DNA from: Eledone cirrhosa
Taxonomy: Eukaryota
Direction: 5' to 3'
Length of the DNA: 64,000 nucleotides
Assembly: GCA_964016885.1 (NCBI GenBank)
Contig: OZ024740.1
Location: 144,150,001 to 144,214,000, forward strand
Positions 37,460-51,749 of this stretch are shown here, in pieces. The translations under genes and the position numbers were made by a program. The notes under the pieces are model-generated. The model was not told where the DNA came from. It saw nothing but the letters and a program-made list of their open reading frames with translations, and did not search any database. The stretch's first letter is position 1; the number at the start of each line of letters is the position of its first letter.

Positions 37460-39641
37460 CCCTTTAGCAATGAAACCGACAAGATTATGTCCCCTTTCAT
37501 TTATTCAAACTGACATTTAATACTACACGGAGATCTCCTTCTAAAAATAAACATTGACATCGTCGAAATTACATTACTGCGAGATAAACCCCTTACGCGC
37601 GAGAATATAGTTAAAGAACTTGCGATAACGTGTTTTTAGCGTTGAAGTGGCTTCCAAAAGTAGCGACAACGGATTTGAAGGTTTTACGTCCGAGGACCTT
37701 CAAAAAGAAACAGAAGATAATATCACTGATTTATCTTCAAACGAATCAGATATATTTATTTCAGATATATCTGATGATGATGATAGTCACTTTGAAAGTG
37801 AAAGAGAAGATATAATTGACACCATTGAAAAAACACCAACGTGGTTGTAAGAAACAACATCGATACATGTTTCGGATTTTACTGAAAATATTGGACCACA
37901 ACATACATTACCACCTGATGCTAAAGCACTGGATTATTTTTTTTTATTTTTACCACAAACTTTCTTCGAAGTTGTGGCAGAAGAGACAAATCGCTATGCA
38001 CAACAACAGATTTCTAATATCGGAAAACCCGATCTGTTATGGCGTCCGACAGATTCTGCCGAAATGAAAGCGTTTTTTACCATAAAATCTTGGTGTTGAT
38101 GAAGCTATGATTGGGTATAAGGGTAGGGTTCATTTCAGACAGTATATGCCAGCTAAACCCACCAAATGGGGCATCAAAGTTTGGGGACTGTGTGAATCGA
38201 ACACAGGATACTGTGTAAACTTTGATGTTTACACAGGAAAATAACATAACGGAGAGAGAAAACACGGGTTGGGTTACGATGTTGTGTGGTCGCTGACTCA
38301 ACCCTTCCACTTTCAACACAGACATATATATTTTGGCCGTTTTTTTTTCTTCTGTGCTTTTAGCAGAGGATCTCGCCCTTGTAAATACATACACCTGCGG
38401 CACAATAATGAACAATCGGAAAGGGCTACCCCAAGAAATAAAAGTTGCGAAACTGAAAAACAGATCCAAATGCAAAAAGAGAACGTGTTAACCAGTGTTC
38501 AAAGACAAACGAGAAATTTTGTTCCTGAGTTCTAACCAACAACCAGGTGTTGGGGCTGAGGGTAGACCTTTATTAATTTCTCCTACAATAAATATATGGG
38601 TGGGGTTGACAAATCTGACCAGTACTGTGCTTATTACCCAGATGGGCGCCCTGTAAAGAAATGGTGGAGATACATCTTATTGTTTTTAGTGAATTTAACC
38701 ATTGTGAATTCTTTTATTGTATTTACTAAAAGCCACAAGGATCTGCCACCACCAAAGGACTACTGTTATATGAAGTTTCGCGTGGACATTGCATCCCAGC
38801 TACGTGGAGAATATACTTCTCGTAAACACAAAGCTGGGAAAAAAATCAAAATTAGCAGTGGTCCACAAAGAAAATATTGATTTTCATAAAGTGGAGAGAA
38901 TTGATGGTAGGAGGAAGGTTTGCCGATTGTGCTCTTTGCAAAAGAGAAAAACTGTTAAAGGTTACGCAATCCAAACCCTATTTTGGTGTTCCTTTTGCAA
39001 AGTGCCATTATGTAAAGGGTGTTTTGGGCAGTATCACGATAGAAATATTGAAAACAATATTTTAAAAATATATTAGAACACATATACAAAAACCCCTGCA
39101 TTCACCTGTTAATGAACTTATATATTGGGAACATTCTGTTACGTAAATTTACACCGTACATTGTGTAAGAGTACATTGCCAATATTATTTTGACTGGTGA
39201 AAAGGTTTTATACATTTTTTTTCAATGAAAATATTTGCCTGGAAAGTAGAGAAAGACTAAAACCTTGTACTGATTACACCTGCATTTTTAATTAATTCAC
39301 CTGTTCGGAAAACTGCTAGAATTGATGGAAATCAGCATCTAGATCAGGTAAGGCAGATAAAGTTTAAATTTTTGTGTTTATCCATAAAGTTATTACTTTT
39401 ACACCTGTTAATTAATTTCACCTGCCCATAAAAGTGAAACTTAACAAAAAAAATCGGGTAAAAATATATAATTGTAAATTATAGTTATTTAAACATCTAC
39501 TGACGAAATTTCAAGTCTGCACATAGAAAATTAAAGTAATTACAAACAAATAAAATTAATAACCCTCTTGAGTATAATTAAGTGAAAATAATGCGAATAG
39601 ATGAACATGACATTTGACAATTCAATGTGAATGCTAAAGGG
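37460..39641 (+). mobile_element. piggyBac DNA transposon with disrupted PGBD4-like transposase
   Basis: TTAA TSDs at 37456-37459 and 39642-39645. TIR CCCTTTAGCA/TGCTAAAGGG. Acidic N-terminus, VDEAMIGYKGR..QYMPAKPTKWGIK, YNKYMGGVDKSDQ, and a Cys-rich C-terminal domain (CRLC..WCSFCKVPLCKGCF..YH). Stops, frameshifts and an internal deletion. Confidence 0.92.
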
Positions 39642-39650
39642 TTAATCAAG

Positions 39651-39838
39651 GGCGGTGGATTGGCAGTATCGGTAGAGGGTCGGACGCCATGCTTTGATGC
39701 ATAGTTACGGCCCTTGCCATTCTGAGTTCAAATCCTGCCGAGCTTAACTTTACCTTTCATCCTTACGGGGTCGATAAAATAAAGAACCAGTAATGCACTG
39801 GGTAATTGCTGGCCTTGTGCCAAAAGTAGAAACAATTA
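39651..39838 (+). mobile_element. Nin/Deu-like tRNA SINE, near complete
   Basis: A box TGGCAGTATCGG, B box GAGTTCAAATCC, then the cctttcatccttacggggtcgataaa domain. Confidence 0.85.
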
Positions 39839-39839
39839 T

Positions 39840-40697
39840 TTTGAGGGTATCGATTTTATTTTTTTGTAATTTTCTATGTGCAGGCTTAAAATTTTGTCAG
39901 ATGTTTAAATATTTATAATTATATAATTTACAGTTATATAATTTTACCTGACTTTTATGGGCAGACAAAATTAATTAATAGGGGCATTTGAAGTATCAAC
40001 CAGCTGCAAATACTGGTTTAATTTTAAAATGTTGTTTTCGGCATAATACTTGATATATAAGGATCACTAAACCTTATATCAGTGTTACAGTAATTCCGCA
40101 GTCTTGGAAATTGTTTTATACCGAACATAATATTTACGGTAAAAAATGCTTGCATTTCTGCAGCATCTGTTATTGGGCATATCGATTAATCTCTTCTGCC
40201 ACAACTTCGAAGACAGTTTGTGGTAAAAACAAAAAGAAATAATCCAGTGCTTTAGCATCGAGAGCGAATGTGTGTTGTGGACCAGTATTTTGAATAAAAT
40301 CGAGATTAGTGGTATTCTTCAATGGCGTCCTGGAGATCTCCTTCGTTTTCACTTTCAAAACAATCGTCGTCGGACGAAATTTCAGAAATATAAACATCAG
40401 ATTCATTTGAAGATAAATCACTAATATTATCGTTTGTTTCTTTTTTATTCTGAATGTCGTCGTGTGTAAAAACCTTCAAAGTCGGTATCGCTACTTTCAT
40501 AAGCCATGTTGATACAAAAAAAAAAAATTTGTAGTTACAAAGTTTAAAAAAAACTTGTTTTAGGTTGTTTCACTATATTAAGTGTTAATTTTCGCGCTAA
40601 GGGCCTAATCTCGAATTGACGAGATTTTGATGACGGTTTGTTTATTTTTAGAAAGATTTTTTAGTATGGGTGTTATCGGGCGGTTTGAACACTAAAG
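39840..40697 (-). mobile_element. Internally deleted piggyBac derivative (its terminal piece lies at 37412-37459)
   Basis: Minus ORFs 40170-40421 and 40306-40500 are homologous to the transposase N-terminus at 37647-38067. Colinear with 40861-41851. Confidence 0.8.
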
Positions 40698-40860
40698 TTT
40701 TTTTTTATTATTATTATTATTATTGATGATTCTAATGCATGTGTTGTTTCCAACAGCACTGATTGCATCACATGGAAATTCGAAGTCTTTTAATTTCAGT
40801 TTATTGCGAATTTTTGCATATATCTGTCAACTGGTACAATTGAAAATAGGTCTAGATTAA

Positions 40861-41851
40861 CCCTTTAGAATTCGCATTAATTTTCAAACGTCATGCTTAT
40901 CTGTTCGCATTATTTTGAGTTAATCATACTCAAGAGGGTTTGTAATTTTCTTAATTTTCTATGTGCAGGCTTGAAATTTTGTCAGATGTTTAAATATCAA
41001 TAATTTACAATTATATAATTTTACCTGATTTCTTTGGTCAAATTTGACTTTTATGTGCAGGTGAAATTAATTAATAGGGGCATTTGAAGTATCAACCAGT
41101 TGCAAATACTGGTTTAATTTTAAATATGTTGATTTCGGCATAATACTTGATATATAAGAATCACTAAACCTTATATCAGTGCTCCAGTAATTCCGCAGTC
41201 TTGGAAATTGTTTTATACCGAACATAATATTTACGGTAAAAATGCTTGCATTTCTGCAGCATCTATCGGTTGCCATAACAGATCGGGTTTTCCTTGATTT
41301 GAAATCTGTTGTTGGGTATATCGATTAATCACTTCTGCTACAACTTCAAAGAAAGTTTATGGTAAAAACAAAAAGAAATTATCCAGTGCTTTAGCATCGG
41401 GAGCTAATGTGTGTTGTGGACCAGTATTTTGAATAAAATCGGGAACATTGGTGTGGTATTTTTCAACCGCGTTGCTGTAATATTTTCAATGGCGCCCTGG
41501 AGTCTCCTTCGTTTTCACTTTCAAAACAACAAACATCGTCCGACGAAATTTCAGAAATATAAACATCAGATTCATTTGAAGATAAATCACTAATATTATC
41601 GTTTGTTTCTTGTTTATTCTGAATGTTGTCATGTGTAAAATCTCGTGTAAGTCAGTATCGCTACTTTCACAAGCCATGTTGATACAAAAAAAAAATTGTT
41701 GTTTTAAGTTGTTCCATTATATTAAGTGTTAATTTTCACGGTAAGAGCCTAATCTCGCAGCTGTCTCGAATTGACGAGATTTTGATGGTTTGTTTATTTT
41801 TAGAACGATTATTTAGTGTGGGTGTTTTCAGGCTGTTTGAACATGAAAGGG
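40861..41851 (-). mobile_element. Internally deleted piggyBac derivative with TTAA TSDs
   Basis: TTAA|CCCTTTAG...TGAAAGGG|TTAA. Transposase remnant IMFGIKQFPRLRNYWSTD..IMPKSTYLKLNQYL in ORF 41067-41276. Confidence 0.88.
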
Positions 41852-41927
41852 TTAAGGGAGGTATATGCTTAGTTTGTTGAATTTAACTGTCATTAGTGTA
41901 AAATGCACTTTATTTTTAATCCTTTGA

Positions 41928-42038
<111 letters not shown>

Positions 42039-42045
42039 ATGTTAC

Positions 42046-42051
42046 ATTAAA
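42046..42051 (+). terminator. RPS14 polyadenylation signal ATTAAA
   Basis: Lies 7 nt after the stop codon and is followed by a GT/T-rich tract at ~42065-42090. Confidence 0.7.
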
Positions 42052-45000
42052 GTTCCATTGAGAATTTTATGTGATTTTGTTTTTTCTTTATAAGTGATGG
42101 AATGGGCATCTAGGTGTAGAAATCATGCCAATGGGTTGTGAGGGGCTTCGATTTTGTCAAAGTGTTAGTGATAGGGTGTCCCACCATAGTAAACTTGCCA
42201 AGAGAAGACATGATTATCTTCCTAGTGTTGGTGCCACATTAAAATGCATGGGGCATTCTGTATTGTGGAAATGTATATAAAAAAACGTAGGCTGGCCTAT
42301 CTAAGAGATCATTAGCTCTGAGGCATGTTTGTGAACCATCCAACTCTTGATTTTATCAAATATACATCTGGTACTTCCTATGCTTTCAAACTAGAACTTA
42401 ATACATGTAAGAAGCTTTGTTCAAACACCAGCTGTTACAGTATCCCTCCAAATTCTCATAGGCTGTGTTCCATTAGAAATATGGTAAAGCGGATTAATTG
42501 AAGAATATTGAGGGATTTACCACATAACTTTACATAAGAGCTATGTTGAAAGATAAATGAGAATCCCTTAAAAATATTAACTTAACATCAATAAAATTAG
42601 TAATTCTATGGCTTTGGTATGGAGTAAAAAATACGTGAAACTAAATCCTATAGATGACTGAAATAGTATTAGCCAAATGTTCCTTGGCTTGATCAGTTTG
42701 TATATCAGTTACCTTATTCCCTAGATAAAACAATGCATAGCAAGCTAACAATATCTTGCCTATACTGATTTGCATAGATTAAAAGCTGGCGGAGGTGCTG
42801 TCTGGCCTTAGCTTCTAATTACTTTGTATTGGATTTGGCATGTTGTACTCGAAGGCTAGCCAAGTGAGGGTACCACATGTCACTCAGGCATTCACATTTT
42901 GGACAGCTTTTTAATACCAACACTTGCAATGCTGTTGTTTTTGGAAGACTTAAAGAGTCAATCCATAGATTGTCTAATTGCTAACCATTCAAGTACTATA
43001 CTAATTGAATCTCGCAAGACTCAAGATACTTGCAAGTCTGACCTCTAAAAATACTTAATGAAAAGAGCCCAGAGGTTAAAATTTAGAACAGCGTGAATGT
43101 CACTCATTAATGGACAAGAAAATGCACAATAAATATTTAAGTGACATCTAGTGAAAGGAATAGGTATTAATATTTTATCAACTCTCTCATATCAGAAGCC
43201 TGCTTTACATGCATCCTTTGTGGCCTAAATTTATTTAGGTTTGATATGGAGATAGGCTAGAGATTTTCTTGATGGATTATGATGTTGAGAAAATATTGGC
43301 AAGCACAAAAAAACCCCACTGGGTATTCAATATCAACCAAATTCACTTCTATATTTTGGAAATCAGAGGTCTAAATAAAATTACTAATGTGAAATTTCCG
43401 TCCTTTCTTCAATATAATGAGTGAGTAATTTCATTTGATTTAATGCTAGTTAAGATGAACAAAACAGTTGATGCCTTATGAAATAGAAACAAAAATTATT
43501 GAAAAGACTGAGGACACTATCAAATTCAAGTTATCTTGTTTGATTGCATACGAAAATATAGTTTCTAGAGTGTTAACCCTCTTAATAAATTATGTTGGGT
43601 AAGGTAGTTTGCATACACTGAACAAGTACTAGTCATTGGAAAAGAAAATTTCCAGCAACATTTGCATAATATTTTCTACGAAGGTATTAGTATGGAAATA
43701 AAAACGTTACAAATAGGAAATAATTAAAACTTTGGATTTATTGATATGGTTTTCATCAATTGTGAAGTTCTAGTTTCATTGGCTTCAACTCACTGCCTTA
43801 GTCAATCTAAAATTGATACTTAGTTCATTACTAACATTGGACTGCATATACTGTGAATGAAATGGCAATTTTTTTCACTTCATTATTGAAATCAAGTCCA
43901 AAAATAGGAAGACTATCAAGCAAAGAATGTTTAAATGGTGTAATTTCTCTTTGGAGGAGAGATTGATAATGGAACAACATTGGTCATTTGAATGTACCAT
44001 GTGAGTATGTGTATGTATAAATATACACATGGTCTGTTAATGTGTTTTATATATTTTTTCTTTTGAAACCAGTCTTCAGGAATATTGCTTGGATAGGTGT
44101 CTAACATTCAGTACCAAAAAGTCTATAGAAAAACCAGAGTTTGAAATCACATTATCATTTAGCAATTTTTTGGTATTGGTTGGTTGCTTGTTACATGCGT
44201 GTTGTCATTGTGTAAGTATTGACAAGTTCAGATATCTGCTCGTAATCAGCGCTGTGGTTCAATGTGCTGGAAATAATATGCAAGATAGTAGTTGATGGAT
44301 TATTAATAGCATTAAAATGTATCAACAGATTATAAATCCTGATAAAACTTGTCCACAATCAGTGGAATAAGTATAATGACCTTATACAATGGGGGTTCTT
44401 AAGTAGGATCAATTATAGACTGAAAGATTCTGGTTTAGATTATGTAGTGAAGTAAATTTTGAATGGTTAGGATTGAATATAAATCCACATCATGTAATGG
44501 TCTATAGACCATGCATATGTGGAATCATTGATGATAGGACCATTTGAGTGAACATATATATTGCAAAACTCATAATTCAAGAAAGATATGCAGTGGTGCA
44601 TTTAACCTATAGTGGCCAGCTGCCACTCAATACTCTGTTGGAATGTCTGACTCTGCTCTAGCCAGTTATTTTAAACTATTAATATTTATAGATTAGTCTT
44701 GAAGGGTTGCCAATATTTTTTTTATTTAGTATGAAAACATTTGTAATAAGTCATTTTTGAAAAGCAGGTAATCGTGCTGAGTAATTTGGGATTGAGTTTA
44801 ATCAAAGACTTCACCATCACTAGTAAGTTGATAACTAGCTATTGTCTGTCAGCAACTTTGTATGCATACACAATATATTATATAAAGATTTTATTTATAA
44901 GGGAGAAATTCATTAGAAAGTATAAACAAGTGAATTAGTTCTAAGGATGTCAAATTCAACAGAACTTACCACTGAGCACTGTACACAGATATATTTTATC

Positions 45001-48000
45001 CATTTGTTTACTAGGCATCAAGCTTACTCAATTTGTAGAAATTTATTGAGTAAGTGACTAATTCTGAATCAATGTTCTGTAAGTGCCACCATTACATTTC
45101 TTGTGCAAAAAAACTTATTCATAAGTGTAGTAAAGTTATTTTTCTGTGTCACTTGCTAGAATAGAGAACTCTTCTGTCTTGCAGTTGACATGACCACCTT
45201 GCTACTTATGGTGTCATTCAGTACACTCAAAGCAGCTGGTGTTAGGAAGGGTATCTAGCTATCCATTGAACCCATCTCAAATAAGCAGTGTAGTCCTTTA
45301 ATCCATTTGGGAGCACAATGACTCATCTGACTCGGCATGCAGGGGAAAAGGGGGGGTCTGAATGATGTAAGTTAAATTGAAAAAAATATTAGTGTTCTAG
45401 ATCAAAGAAAGGGAAGTATTAGTAAAACTATTTTAGTATACCACACTTGTTTATATTATGAAAAACAAACAAACAAGCTATTAAATTGTGTACTTCATTT
45501 GAGGTAGTTTCTATCAGGTGGATAGATTCTGAACTGATATCCATGTTGAACCTAGATCAAAATAACACCATTTGTGATATGAAGGAAATAGAAAACAGAC
45601 GCAAATCAGACTTACATTTTATTTACATGACATTTACACCAACAGAAAATGTTTCTGTTAGGAACTAAGCCCAGAATTTATTTCAGTCAAACTTTTCTAC
45701 AAAGACATTTTTTTCATTTAAATTTTATTTCTGTTCATCTATTAAAAATTCAGTTCAATATAAGTTGTATAGCAGCTTCCTTTAACTAAAACAACTGTTG
45801 GAGATGGGAAAATATTGGGGGCAATAGATTAAGAAATTGGATAGTAAAATGTGTGTGTGTGTATGTGATAGTTTGCATGCGCCATTCCACTTTATATACT
45901 ACAGTGGCTCAACAAGCTGAGACAGTTATAGATTGTTTATATATGTGAATGAGATAGATAGGCTTAATATACATGGTTGATCTTTCATAATCATAGCAAT
46001 TTTCAGGTTTACTGAGAATGGAACTAAACTAAAAACTTTTCATTTCATGATTTGCTAGTGTGTGTGTGGGTAACAAAATGCGCGATATTAGATAATGCAG
46101 TGTCAAGAGAAACAACTCATAAAACTTACTAGCATGCTGAAGATTAAATGGTTATCAACTTTACATTTTAAGCCTGTTTAATCCTTTCTTAACCATTTAG
46201 TATGCTAAGAACAAGAATAGAATTAATAAGTTATGAAATGATATACAATAGTGTGCCCATTTTGTTTCTGTAGTAAAAGTATTACTGCAATTCAATTTTC
46301 AAATACTAGAGTTATGGAAGGGGAGAGAACTCGGGTGTTCGGTTGCCAGTTATACATGGAAGCTTATGTAAAATAGAAAGTTATTTAAGGTTGGGGAAAC
46401 TATTATATAAGCTGGAAAAATATAGGATATTAACCCAAAAGGTTTCATGGGTACTAGATGGAGATTGGTGGGTCGGAAAATTGTGCAGGCTTCTCCATTA
46501 AATGGAAAAATCCAGTCCTTACCGAAATGGGAAGAAGATGGCTGCATACTACAAAAATGTACAGACCATTTTTTTTTTCAAACACTGTCCCCCCCCCCCC
46601 CCCCCTCAGATGCTGAAATTCATCCTGGACAGCCACAATCCATAACCTTGCACTGCAGGCTTATCTGCACCCCTCATTATAAAATGTTCATCTCTATCTT
46701 TCTAACACACTAAATACGATAAAAAGCGCACCACTTTTACGAAGCTCTAACATCTATGTAGCACCAAAAAAACCTTTTAGGTAAATAACCCGCTATATCT
46801 TTCCAGCCTACATAATAAGATTTCCCAACCGTAAATAACTTCTATTTTACACAAACCTAAGTCAAATCCTGACAACACATTTCAAAGATGTCAGACTGAT
46901 GATCTGCCAAATCCTTCCTCAGACTGAGTGCTCTGCCAACTTTGGATATAAAGTTTTTTTTTATGTAATTCACTACACTATATATATATGCATTTTATCT
47001 TCATATGCACTTTTTGATTATCAGTTCATTGCATTTCATTTACATAAATACAGATTTATCTGAAAGTATTTAATGATGTATGTAAAATAAAAAAAATCTT
47101 AATTGCAATTTATCTCTTACAGAAAGAAAAAAAACAAGCAATAATTGCTACACTTAAAAAAACAAAAGCATGAAATGTGATATTTTTTCTAGGCAAACAG
47201 CTCTTTCTACATTTAAAAAATGATATTGTCAACTGATTGAAAACTTGATTAGATTATACCCTGCTGATAAAGTTCAATAATACTGAAACACTGCAAGCAA
47301 ACAAAGATCAAATCTATTTCTCCCTAAGCACACATCAATTTTGTCAAATCGATTCTTAATTTCTTGAAATCTTTTTAGTTAGTCATCAATTATTGTTAGG
47401 ATTTGGGTTTTTTTCCAAATAAGAATAATAATTTCAATTAATTGAGCCGTGTTTTGTGTATTGTATAACATTCAGTGCATCACCCTTTAATTTATTTATC
47501 TAAATTCATTGCATTGTCTCATTTTATATTCTTTTGTAGTTTTGTTACTTTTACATAAATCATGGTGTTTTTCTTATTTGTTTAAAAAAATTATCTGGTT
47601 TTCATATTAAATTTCAAGATGAGAACAGTATCACATACTGGAAATAAGACATTTTAAATATTGATTTCTAATTTAGACACAAGGCCATCAAATTTGGGGA
47701 GAAGGGCAAAGTTGATATTAAATTAACCCCAGTACTTGATTCGTTAAAAAAAAAGTTGATCTTGGCAAAATTTGAACTTAGAATGGTATTTTATCCAATG
47801 CTCTTCCAATCCACAACCCTTCTCTTAATTCATTATTTTTTAAAGAAAAAATTATAAGTTCTTCCTTAAAGTTGGAAAGTCTTTAAATAGAGACTGAAAT
47901 TGCAGATGAATAAAATCATGATAAGCTAAGCAGACAGTATCCTACCAGATTGCAATTCTGGCAAAAGTATTTAACTCCCAATCCCATAACTTGAAAATAA

Positions 48001-49699
48001 GTACCATGAAATGGTTGTAAAGTTGGTGAATGCTTCATAAGCTTGTAGTGCTCAGTTTAAGTCTATCTCTCTATAAACATGCAAAGAGCAATTGTTAAAC
48101 CACAGTAGTCACCTGTCATTTCATAAATAACTACATGACTAAATTTTCAATGTTGTTCTAATGTATTACAGGACATTAGTCAAACGGATGTTAATTATCC
48201 CCCGCCCCCTGCAAAATAAAAATAAAAAATGAACACAATTGTTAATAAAAGAAATACATTTCAGCTAAAGTAATTCAAATGGTAAGCTTTCATACAATAA
48301 GACCCATGCAAAAAGAATGTATGCTCAACTACAGAATTGTTTATACCCATAATATTAATACACTGAAATAGCTTTTTCTTTCCCCCATAACTGTGTGTAT
48401 GCTCCCACTCATTGTTATGTTAAGAATAAAAAGTAACAGGGATGGAATATTATAGTTACTTGCAAAAATTCACAAGGAAAATGTTCAGATCTTTGCTTTT
48501 TTGATACAGAGCAGCTTGGGTATGAGATATTTTCAAATGTCTAACTATTCAAAGATAAAGTACTTATCACTGCTATTGCAGTATAAAATTTCATAAACAT
48601 ATTTATAATTTAAGGAAATGCTCTCTCTTGAATATGTTCAGGTTGAACCCAATTAGTGGTCCTAAGAATTGAAAAGAATGTAGGATGCCCTTTTCAAGGG
48701 ACCTGCTGCATGGTCTATTGTAAATTCATCACTGGAGAAAATATCTATAGGGCCCTAAGCATGTGTTTATTTTATTTAATGGTTAATCCAGAACAGGTTG
48801 AACCTCTCCTTCATCAGGGCATATTTATTTCCTATGAATGAATCCCCTGAATATATACTCATTTCATAGTTATTTTCTAACATAGAAAAACATGTATATT
48901 GGTATATTTAAAGAGGAAACAATCTAGTTTCTGACTCATAAATTGATAAAATTTGAAAAAGAAAATGCTTTCATAATTCACTTGTAAAGGATATATTTAT
49001 GCTACTGAAGCATTAAATAAAGAATTTCTGTATATTATTCAAATTGAGCTGCATTTAATAATGGAATGATAGTAACCAATCTGCTTTTAACAGTGGATTT
49101 TACACTCAGAAACAATTGAAAAATTTGACAATACTTTGTTTCATTACAGGGTTTTCTTATAATGTATTTTACTGAAGACAGTTTGCTTACATTTCCATAT
49201 CTTTTGCAAACAATAATGATGATGATGATGATGAGTGTTTATATTTTAAATGATGTGAAGCTTTCAAATATGAAGATCACATATGAGAGAGAATATGTTA
49301 ACCATTAATAATTTAATTAAATTTAAATGCGGAAAGAAAACTAAAATAGTTTCCTTTAAAACGATCTGAGTGAATTGGCTGTTGTACCTCAACCTTCACC
49401 ATTATATAAAAAGGAAGTAATTGCTTGATCGAATCAAGTTAAAAAACAACAACACAGCACTCACAAAAGATATGCACTCCACTTATACTGAGGTTCAAAA
49501 TAATTTCAAAATTTGATACAATCTTGTGTAAACCTCTGATTGAGAAAACCTAAGATGAAATGCATTCCAGCCATAATCATCCTATCATTTATTTTTTAAG
49601 TATAGAGTATCTAGGACTAAAATACCCTATGGGGGATTTGGCTGGGGTTTTTTCTACCATGTCGAGCAACCACTTGTTGGATTGTGTATAAGATGTTAA

Positions 49700-49915
49700 C
49701 CCTTTTGTTACCATATTTCCAATGAAATACATATTTTATTTAATTGATGAAAAATTCTAAGGAATTTAGTGAAATGATAAATAATTTCACTACTAAGATA
49801 GTAACTTAACAAGATTCTTACAAGGAAGATTTTAATTTAAATAGGAACCCTTAAAAATGGTTAGTTTTGTTTCATAGAACCAGAGCTGGCTTTGACCGAG
49901 TTGGTATCAAAAGAG
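49700..49915. mobile_element. Decayed piggyBac-like MITE
   Basis: TTAA|CCCTTTTGTTACCA...TGGTATCAAAAGAG|TTAA, an imperfect TIR. A similar end occurs at ~4525-4540. Confidence 0.6.
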
Positions 49916-51632
49916 TTAACGTGGGAAGGGGATTCCATTGAGCAAATGTAGTATAGTGGTCATTACACAGACATTTATAAGAAGTCATTAATTTAGACAC
50001 AACCTGGTTCTCATTTATATTCTCTCACATGTGCAGTGCTTCATATACAAAGTTCACTTTTTTTAAAATGCAAACATGTATTTCAAGTTTAATCCTATGA
50101 TGAACAAAAAAATATAATTTTTTTTATTAGATCCAAGGCCTTTTATAAGGGTGGGTGGGGTGGCATGTTAATTGGACCAATTCAAATATCACTGTTACTA
50201 CTTATAAGTACTTTGATTTAAGACAAGACCAATTTTGAATGGAAAAGGGATAGGCTCTCAAATGGTTGGACTGGATGCTAACTATATTTAGAGTATTTCA
50301 CTGTCCTGCCTCACCTATTTCCACTGCCACTTTCTTATGTTATATCACAAGACGTTTTATCCACTGCTCTGCTGACTTTACCATATAATATTATTAATAA
50401 TGATTTCTAATTTAGGCACAAGACCATCACATTGAGGGGAGGGGGAAGTTAACTGTATCAACTCCAGTACTTGGTTGGTACTTTATTTAATGAATCTTGG
50501 AACAATAAAGAGCAAATTTGAACTCGGAAAGTAAAGTACAATAAAGTATTTTGCTCAATGCTCTAATGATTCTGTCAATCCGCCTCCCTCAATAATATTT
50601 TTAATAAAAACAATAATAGCAACTATTAATTATTGAGAAAAAAAAGTTTGATGATTTTTAAGTATTAACTTCAATCTTAAGACACAAAGGCAAAAATATT
50701 TAATTGCAGCTAATTTTGGGGGGAACTATCACAAAGTAAATGAAAAAATAGAAATTAGTTTTAAATTAGAAAAGATGTATTAAATCTTGTTAGATTTAAA
50801 CCAAATGAGCTAGCTCATTTGAAGCCACTAAAAGAAATAAACTATATAATCAAGGGAGGATTAACTTTAGTGGGAAGCATGCAGCAACAGTGCAAAATAG
50901 GCTAGTCACATGATTGAAAAGAAAGCTAGGATGTCACAGCAGCCTACACACTGGTTACTCACCTAAACAAAGCCTAATGATGAAAGGAAGCTAATAAAAA
51001 AAACCTACAATTGAACAGAGATATATGTAGACAGAATTGTAATATCACAAACGTTTTGAAACACAAAAAATACTTTTAGAACAGTGATTCAGATCTTTTG
51101 AGTTATCAAACAAAGGATGTGTAAAGTGCAACAGTGGAAGAGATTTCTTTCAAATGCATGTTGAATAATTAGAAAATAAATTGGTCTAATAGTTAAAATA
51201 GTATAATAATGAAGTTCATTATAAAGTATGGTTTAAAATTTTGAAAACAAAACAAAAATTCATGGAAAATAGATTTTACATATCTGAAAAAAATTATTTT
51301 GATTTAAAAGGCATTTATCATGAGAAAGTGGTAAAATCAATAAATTTTTCATTTTTATCATGAGGTCAATAAAGTTGAGAATAAACACAGGAAGGGAAGA
51401 TTTTGTGCACACACACCCCAATTAATATATGTATGTGTATATATATATATATATATATAAATAATCGCGTGTGTATACACATATTTTTGATCTGAATCAA
51501 CAAGATCCCAAACTTCATTTGTTTACCGAGTGAGGTGAAACTCGTCAGATCAGATCAAGGAAACAATGTTTCAATTGGTTTTTCCAATAGCTAACACTAT
51601 CTACTGGTAGCAACTCATATATATATTGTGTG

Positions 51633-51663
<31 letters not shown>

Positions 51664-51749
51664 TAATTATGATATATATATACCTTTATATTTTGTATAT
51701 AAGCCAAAGAGTTAAGGCATTTATAAACTGACAATTGTTTCTACCCAGG

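Noticed and set aside
37647-39076. Domesticated PGBD gene or RPS14-transposase fusion
   Set aside because: Multiple stops, frameshifts and an internal deletion.
48685-48822. Minus-strand CTGATGA...GAAA with ATGCC/GGCAT pairing
   Set aside because: No helix III or UH cleavage site, and an implausibly long unpaired helix II region. Similar failures at ~55590-55630, ~60400-60442 and ~61416-61445.
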